DNA of 64,000 nucleotides. Origin: Thermodesulfobacteriota bacterium (GTDB lineage Bacteria; Desulfobacterota; Desulfarculia; JACQYL01). A model generated the notes under the pieces. It saw only the letters and a program-made list of their open reading frames with translations. It was not told the DNA's origin and ran no database searches. The translations under genes and the position numbers were made by a program. Shown piece after piece: positions 57,965-64,000 of this stretch; the stretch's first letter is position 1, and each line of letters begins with the position of its first letter. The DNA is taken from assembly GCA_963675595.2 (NCBI GenBank), contig CAXXLZ010000001.1, positions 160,001-224,000 on the forward strand. Direction: 5' to 3'.

Positions 57965-60796
57965 TTGGCGGTTCCCTATCACGAGGAGAATCCGGTGACC
58001 GGAGAAGGACCGACCTACGATCAGTTGGAAGTCCGGGCGGCCCGAGCCGAGGAGGACCTACGGCTGAGCAACGAAAGATTCTTGAAGGTGTTCAATGCCG
58101 GTCTCTCCTTCATGTACATCCGTTCCATGGAAGATCGGAAACTCATTGAAGCGAATGACGCCTTTCTCCAGTTAGCGGGTTTTTCACGAGAAGAAGTGAT
58201 CGGCCGGACCTTGGTGGAGCTGGGGATTCTCGAACCGAATGCCCAAGAGGCCATACTGGCGGAGTACTCGCGAACCGGGCGGATCAATGATCGTGAGGCG
58301 GAGATCAAATCCGGAACCGGTGGAACCAAACACGTCGTTTTTTCCATGGACGGAATGGAATATGGCGGACGGCCTTGCGTCATCGTGTCCGGGATGGACA
58401 TCACTCGGCACAGGGAGGTTGAAGAGGCGTTGCGCCGCAGCGAGGCCCGGGCCAAACGCAAGCTGGCCGAGCTGGAGGCCATATACGATTCCGCGCCGGT
58501 GGGATTGTGCGTACTCGATCAGGACCTTCGTTTCCTGCGTATCAACAAGAAGCTGGCCGAAAACGACGGCACGTCCCCCGAGGAAGCACTCGGCCGTCCG
58601 TTTCGCGAAATCGTGCCCGGTTTTGCCGACAGACTGGAAGTGCTCTTTCGCCGCGTATTGGACAACGGTGAGGCTGTGCGGAACGTCGAGATCAGCGGTG
58701 AGACGCCGGCTCGGCCGGGAGCCGTCCGCACCTGGGTTGCGGATTATCTCCCCCTTAAAGATGAGCATGGTCACGTGTTGGGCGTCAACGTGGTCGCTCA
58801 TGAGGTGACCGAACAAAGGCGTCTTGAGGCGTCTCTCAGAAAGAGCGAGCACAATGCCCGACAAGCGTGGGAGGAAGCGGTACGAACGGCCGCGGAACTT
58901 CGGGCGGCGCTGGAGTCGGCGTCCGAAGGCGTGGTGTTCTACAGTACGGAAAATAGGATTTCTTATCTGAATCCGGCGGCGGAAGGCCTGATCGGTCTTA
59001 CTCTGAAAGAGGTTTCGGCGATACCTGCTGAAGAGAGGGTTGGTCTGTTTCGGATTAAGAACCCGGACCATAACTGTGTTGAGATTGACGAGCTGGTGAG
59101 CCGACGGGCTCTTAAAGGCGAGGTTCTGGTCAACCACGAATTCTTACTGCTGCCCCGAGGGAGCGATGAATATCGCCACCTTCTTTCCCACGCCGCGCCC
59201 ATCACGCTGGAGGATGGAGAAATCGTCGGGGCGGTTCAGACCTTCACGGACATTACCGAACTCATTCAGGCGAGGGAACAGGCGCGTATGGCCAATGCGG
59301 CGAAGGACCGCTTCTTGGCGAACATGAGTCACGAGCTTCGTACGCCCCTTTCGGGCATTATGGGCCTCACCGATCTTCTAATTCAGCGGCTGCAGAAAAC
59401 GGAGAATCTCCAATATGCACAACTGATCAAAGAATCCGCCGGTTCTTTGAACTCGCTTCTAAGTGAGATTCTGGACTCCAGCAAGATTGCCTCAGGCAAG
59501 CTGACCATTGCTTCACGCCCTTTCAATATCCGAACGGAAATCAACAAAGTCATCAATCTCTATCAAACCAAGGCGGAGGCGCAGGGGATTCACATTGGTT
59601 CGGACCTGGATCCGGACCTGCCTACACTTCTGCTCGGAGACGCCGAAAGATTGGGGCAAGTCCTTCGCAACCTGGTTTCCAACGCGGTCAAGTTTACGGA
59701 TAAGGGGGATATCGAAGTCGGCGCGAAATGTTCTTATGAACCCTCCGGAGAGGTCAACGTCACTTTCCATGTTCGCGATACGGGACCGGGTATCCCTGAA
59801 GATCAGCAGGCCCGCCTTTTTGAAGATTTTTACCAAGTTGAAGATCATCTGACCAAAACGCACTCCGGTACCGGGCTGGGGCTTACCATTGCTCGGGGCA
59901 TCGTGCAGGCCATGGGCGGTCGCATATGGGTGCAGAGCAGCCCGGGGCGGGGCAGCGTGTTCTTCGTCGAAATCGGGTTCCCGGAGTCTGTCGACCAGGC
60001 GGATGCTCCGGAGGAGAAGAGTCCGGAACCGGGCCCGAATGTAAGTAAGGAATTGGCCGTCCTCTTGGTGGAGGACAACAGCATCGTTCAACTGTACATG
60101 CGGAAAATGCTCGAGGACATGGGACACCGCGTCAAGACCGCTCAAGACGGACGAGAAGCCCTGGATGCATTAGAGGCGTTTCGCCCGGACTTAGTCTTGA
60201 TGGACATCCAGATGCCCGTCATGGACGGCTATACAGCCATCCGGGAAATCCGTCGGTCCGACCGGATCCGAAGGGACGTCCTCATTTACGCCCTGACCGC
60301 CTACGCATCGGCGGACGATGTACAAGAAGCTCTGAAAGCGGGAGCCGACGGCCATCTCGTTAAACCGGTGAATTCGGAGAAGCTGAAAATGATTCTATGG
60401 GAGGCCGCCGGGAAACTGGGCCACAAGGAAACGGAAGATTATGAAAAGCGAGTACCGAGGTTCAAAGAGGTACTGGACCTATTCAGCAAGAACGCCGAAT
60501 TCTACTTGGACCTGTGCGATAAGGCAAGAAACGAAATCGTTGGGAAAATGGGAGAGCTCAAGGAAAAGTATCGAGACGGAGACCTTGAAAGGACTGCGGC
60601 CATATGCCATTCCCTGGCCGGCATGGGCGCCACCATCGGTTTCGAAGAACTTTGGCGGGTCGCGGCGGACAAAGAGGCCGAGATATCGGAGGCTGAGGGC
60701 CCCGGCGATTGCGGCGGGCTGGAAGAGATTGAAAGTACGGCCGCAGATGCCGTGGGTTATCTCGATGCTTTGATGGTCCGTCTGGGGAATAAGTGA
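57965..60796 (+). CDS. Cytoplasmic hybrid histidine kinase (3xPAS-HisKA-HATPase-REC-Hpt)
   Basis: FLANMSHELRTPL, NAVKFT, GTGLGL, LMDIQMP, CHSLAG (Hpt). Start uncertain. Confidence 0.9.
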   Translation: MAVPYHEENPVTGEGPTYDQLEVRAARAEEDLRLSNERFLKVFNAGLSFMYIRSMEDRKLIEANDAFLQLAGFSREEVIGRTLVELGILEPNAQEAILAEYSRTGRINDREAEIKSGTGGTKHVVFSMDGMEYGGRPCVIVSGMDITRHREVEEALRRSEARAKRKLAELEAIYDSAPVGLCVLDQDLRFLRINKKLAENDGTSPEEALGRPFREIVPGFADRLEVLFRRVLDNGEAVRNVEISGETPARPGAVRTWVADYLPLKDEHGHVLGVNVVAHEVTEQRRLEASLRKSEHNARQAWEEAVRTAAELRAALESASEGVVFYSTENRISYLNPAAEGLIGLTLKEVSAIPAEERVGLFRIKNPDHNCVEIDELVSRRALKGEVLVNHEFLLLPRGSDEYRHLLSHAAPITLEDGEIVGAVQTFTDITELIQAREQARMANAAKDRFLANMSHELRTPLSGIMGLTDLLIQRLQKTENLQYAQLIKESAGSLNSLLSEILDSSKIASGKLTIASRPFNIRTEINKVINLYQTKAEAQGIHIGSDLDPDLPTLLLGDAERLGQVLRNLVSNAVKFTDKGDIEVGAKCSYEPSGEVNVTFHVRDTGPGIPEDQQARLFEDFYQVEDHLTKTHSGTGLGLTIARGIVQAMGGRIWVQSSPGRGSVFFVEIGFPESVDQADAPEEKSPEPGPNVSKELAVLLVEDNSIVQLYMRKMLEDMGHRVKTAQDGREALDALEAFRPDLVLMDIQMPVMDGYTAIREIRRSDRIRRDVLIYALTAYASADDVQEALKAGADGHLVKPVNSEKLKMILWEAAGKLGHKETEDYEKRVPRFKEVLDLFSKNAEFYLDLCDKARNEIVGKMGELKEKYRDGDLERTAAICHSLAGMGATIGFEELWRVAADKEAEISEAEGPGDCGGLEEIESTAADAVGYLDALMVRLGNK

Positions 60797-60879
60797 TCTG
60801 GAATTCACCAAAGTGGAAAACGTCGATCAAGTGTGTCCCCGTGTTCCGATTCGCAAAAGAATATAAGTTCCTCCTATCT

Positions 60880-61248
60880 TCAATCGACCAATTCGGCAAC
60901 AATGCTGTGTTTCCGTTTGATTTCCATGATGAGCCGATCATATCGTCGAATACGGATCGTCGCCCGTATAATGAGATAGCCGCCCAGGATCAGAAGCAGG
61001 CAGACAAGCACACCCAATGGAACGAGCAAGTGGATGACCTTCTCGATATCATAGTATTTCGAAGTGGCGATGAGGACGCTTAAGACCGAGATGGGCAGAG
61101 CCAATACCGCAATGCCGGTTCTCATAGCGGACAAAGACGTTCTTTTTTCCGCCAGAAGAAGCTGAGCCTCGTTAATGGCGATCGTCGTGTCCTGAAATTT
61201 ATTCTGCTTCAAGTCGTGACCCTTTTCGCTTTCGTTTCTTTTCGTCAT
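60880..61248 (-). CDS. DUF202-like small membrane protein
   Basis: LAEKRTSLSAMRTGIA followed by two TM helices. Confidence 0.72.
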   Translation of the reverse strand: MTKRNESEKGHDLKQNKFQDTTIAINEAQLLLAEKRTSLSAMRTGIAVLALPISVLSVLIATSKYYDIEKVIHLLVPLGVLVCLLLILGGYLIIRATIRIRRYDRLIMEIKRKHSIVAELVD

Positions 61249-61390
61249 GCTTTTTCTTCTTATCCGGGTTGTCCTCAAGCATCAAGTGGAAGCTCCATAA
61301 AACCGGCGTAGGTTGGTCGTCGGGGTTAATAGAGCCCAATTCCTCACGTCTTCCGGAGAAATTGAGGTGACCACACGGAACGGAGGCTTC

Positions 61391-61744
61391 ATGCAGATTG
61401 TGACCAAACGCGTGTACGAGAAGGCTTCCGAGTCCGATGGACGGCGGGTTCTCGTGGACCGGTTGTGGCCCAGAGGCCTGTCCAAGGAAAAGGTTCTCGT
61501 CGACCAATGGGCCAAGGAAGTTTCCCCTTCGAACGAGCTCCGGCAATGGTACGCCCATGATCCGGAGAAATGGGAAGAATTCAAGAAACGATACTTTGCC
61601 GAACTGGACTCGAATCCGAACGCGGTGACAAGTTTCCTGAACGAAATAGGGGAGGGTACGGTCACGTTCTTATACAGCTCCAAAGAGCCCGAACTCAACA
61701 ATGCGACTGCACTGAAGGAATACGTGGAAATCCGGAAAGGATGA
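61391..61744 (+). CDS. DUF488/YeaO family protein
   Basis: KRVYE...DGRRVLVDRLWPRGLSKE...PSNELRQWYAHD...NNA. RBS GGAGG before ATG 61391. Confidence 0.9.
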   Translation: MQIVTKRVYEKASESDGRRVLVDRLWPRGLSKEKVLVDQWAKEVSPSNELRQWYAHDPEKWEEFKKRYFAELDSNPNAVTSFLNEIGEGTVTFLYSSKEPELNNATALKEYVEIRKG

Positions 61745-61870
61745 TCTGTTCTTGCGACTTCCGGCAATGCGCGGCGAACCCCTAAGAAAGTGATACGGAC
61801 CAACGGCCGGCGTGGTCGGAAATTTCTCCCCGTGACGGATGCTGGGTTCAAGACAACCGAGAGCGGGGGG

Positions 61871-63259
61871 CTATGACGGGTTTTCCCCGGTTTGGCTCGG
61901 TTGAAACAAGTTCAGCAACGTTTCGATGAGCTTCGCCGCATCCGCGGTTTTCACCACGTAGGCGTTGACTCCGATTTCCTTCGCCCTCTTTCTGGATTCG
62001 GGGGTGTCCTGGTCGGTGAACAGAACCAGCCGAACATCGCGAAGGGAATCGTCCGCGCGTACCCTCCGGCATACTTCGAGACCGTTGATGATGGGCAGCT
62101 TCGCGCCTATGACCACGGCGTCCGGTTTTTCTTTTCGGATCAACCCAAGGGCTTCGGAACCGTCCGAGGCTCCCATGGGAACAAATCCGGCCCGTTGCAC
62201 CAGTCTCGTATAAAGGCCCAAGATTACCGGGTTATCGTCCACCACGGCGACCCTGCGCATTCGTGAGGGCCCCTGCGGTTTTTCCTCCTCCGCCTGACGC
62301 TCTTCGATCACCAGGAGCATGTCCCCTTCCTCGATCCTGAAGTCGGGATGGGGGTCCAGGCTATCGGTTTCCTTCCGGCGAAGTCCCACTATTTTCCGGC
62401 TCATCTCGGCGGCCACCGTTTCCACGGTGTGCCCCGCCATGCTGGACCCTTCCTGGACCAGAACCCACTGTGAGGTCACGTCCGGCAGCGTAAAAGTGCA
62501 GACGTTTTCGATCTCCCGACTGTCTCCTGTGGCCACAAGCATGTTGCTTGCGATTTGTCGGCCGGCGGTGGCGAAGGGCGAGATTACGTTGTCCGCACCG
62601 GCGCGAAGGAGTTTTCGCTCCGAAGAAGCTTCTTCAGCCCGGGCGATAATGTGTAGGGTTGGATTGAGCTCTCGCGCCGTGAGCGTGATGAACAGGTTGT
62701 CGGGGTCGGAAGGTAGAACCGCAATCAGGCCTCGCGCCGTCTTGATGCGCGCTTCATTAAGAAGCTCCTCGCTGGTGGCGTCGCCGACCAGATGGAGTAA
62801 CTCCCTGGCCTCCAACAGGTCCTTCCGTGAAGCGGCTGAGTCGATGACCACGAAATCCTTCCCGGATTTCTCGAAGTGCTCCGCCGCGGCGATGCCCACA
62901 CGACCGCAACCGCAGATGATGTAGTGTCCCTTGAGTTCGGAAATGAGCTTCTTCATTCTTTTTCTCTCCGATGACGCCGAAGCGATTCGTTCCAGAAAGG
63001 ATTCACCGAGAGCATGGCCGAGGAATCCGATGACGGCGAATCCCGCAGCGATCAGAAACGACGTGAATGCCCGGCCTCCCGGACCCAGCGGACGTACCTC
63101 TCCGAAACCCACCGTCGAGATGGTGATTACCGTCATGTAAAGACCGTCCGTTAGTGAATAACCTTCCAAGACCATGTAACCCGCCGTCCCCATGACCAGG
63201 ACGGAGAAGCAGAGCAGGGAGGCCACGAAAAAACGTTGTCGCGAAGTCATCTTGTGCAT
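61871..63259 (-). CDS. Two-TM potassium channel with RCK (TrkA-N/C) domains and a C-terminal receiver-like domain
   Basis: Filter TISTVGFGE, HYIICGCGRVG, GDAT, TrkA-C, then VAVVDDN...KPDAVVIGAKLP. Confidence 0.87.
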   Translation of the reverse strand: MHKMTSRQRFFVASLLCFSVLVMGTAGYMVLEGYSLTDGLYMTVITISTVGFGEVRPLGPGGRAFTSFLIAAGFAVIGFLGHALGESFLERIASASSERKRMKKLISELKGHYIICGCGRVGIAAAEHFEKSGKDFVVIDSAASRKDLLEARELLHLVGDATSEELLNEARIKTARGLIAVLPSDPDNLFITLTARELNPTLHIIARAEEASSERKLLRAGADNVISPFATAGRQIASNMLVATGDSREIENVCTFTLPDVTSQWVLVQEGSSMAGHTVETVAAEMSRKIVGLRRKETDSLDPHPDFRIEEGDMLLVIEERQAEEEKPQGPSRMRRVAVVDDNPVILGLYTRLVQRAGFVPMGASDGSEALGLIRKEKPDAVVIGAKLPIINGLEVCRRVRADDSLRDVRLVLFTDQDTPESRKRAKEIGVNAYVVKTADAAKLIETLLNLFQPSQTGENPS

Positions 63260-63861
63260 ATTAGTTGGATCATTCCGGAATACAGGTCCCGGCGGAATTC
63301 GGGTTTCAAACCGTTGCGCTCCAGAAGTCCCGCCGGCCCACCTGAAACCAGATATTCCCGAAAACAGCGGTAGTGCTCTTCACCCGCGGCTCGTTCCACA
63401 AGGTGAATCATGAATCGAGCCGGCCGCGCCCGGCGGTCCGCGGCATCACCATAGTCCACGATGACAAGGGCACCGTGATCTTTGATTACTCTTCGGGACT
63501 CTTTGAGAATACGGGATTGCGTCTCACCTCGTTTTTCGTGAAGGGCCAGAGAGAGAACGACCAGATCGAACGTGGCCGCCGGAAAGTGCAGGTCGGATGC
63601 GTCTTCGAGGAAGAAAGGGACGTCCTCGGGTGCGTTTTCTCGCGCGACGGCGAGCATGGCTGGAGACAGGTCCACTCCCATGACCTGGAAACCATTGCGG
63701 TGAAGAAGCGAGACCTGGGTACCGGTGCCGCAGCATAGGTCAAGGACGCGATGTGCCCCGAGATCCCGGCAGACGCGGAGGACCGCTCGGCGGATCGGGA
63801 CCAGGAAAGGTCCCGGGAAGATGTCGTAGAAGGTCGCGATTCGCCGATATGGGTCCCGCAC
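63247..63861 (-). CDS. Class I SAM-dependent methyltransferase
   Basis: VLDLCCGTG, GVDLSPAML, FDLV...ALHE. GTG 63861 follows GGGAG. Confidence 0.87.
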   Translation of the reverse strand: MRDPYRRIATFYDIFPGPFLVPIRRAVLRVCRDLGAHRVLDLCCGTGTQVSLLHRNGFQVMGVDLSPAMLAVARENAPEDVPFFLEDASDLHFPAATFDLVVLSLALHEKRGETQSRILKESRRVIKDHGALVIVDYGDAADRRARPARFMIHLVERAAGEEHYRCFREYLVSGGPAGLLERNGLKPEFRRDLYSGMIQLICTR

Positions 63862-63905
63862 ATTGACTCCCTCGGGGAGGAAGGGAGGAAGGGCTAAAAT
63901 ACGCA

Positions 63906-64000
63906 TCAGCCCAGATAAGCCTTCCGCACTTCCGGATTGTTCTTCAGGTCTTCGGCCGTTCCCTCCATGACGATGCGTCCGGCTTCCATCACATAGGCCC
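63906..64000 (-). CDS. C-terminus of a branched-chain amino acid ABC transporter ATPase (LivF-like), partial
   Basis: Hand translation: AYVMEAGRIVMEGTAEDLKNNPEVRKAYLG*. Confidence 0.85.
   Translation of the reverse strand, partial: AYVMEAGRIVMEGTAEDLKNNPEVRKAYLG

Overview
GC-rich bacterial DNA. Gene content (FeoAB-DUF4198, MesB-like methionine synthase, FmdE-family protein, hybrid kinases) suggests an anaerobic Desulfobacterota-like organism; this is an inference. Layout from left to right: an AT-rich gene fragment and a transposase-like scar; an isochorismatase, rsgA and an exported amidohydrolase; four tandem, mosaic, giant surface-protein genes (5.8-22.9 kb); an internally deleted group II intron inserted beside a small inverted-repeat element; assorted redox and signalling genes; a minus-strand iron-uptake locus (dtxR-like, small ORF, DUF2325, STAS-like, feoA, feoB, periplasmic partners, LbtU-like porin, NifX-like); an IS3 inserted in a ~120-bp dispersed repeat; a TonB receptor/FmdE operon; a MarR-fadH-like-molybdoenzyme operon; a hybrid kinase; and a K+ channel fused to a pseudo-receiver domain. 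The most interesting signal is a conserved RNA element I cannot assign to a known family: UCUUA(C/A)GG-[variable hairpin]-AGUGAAGGCG-[terminator]-U-tract. It occurs three times in 5' leaders of the iron locus, and its 5' strand can pair with the base of the terminator. It coexists with tandem DtxR-type DNA operators and a small upstream ORF with ANTAR-like residue spacing. Together these suggest a possibly undescribed two-tier (repressor plus antitermination) iron-regulatory system. All calls were made by eye; no database searches were run.
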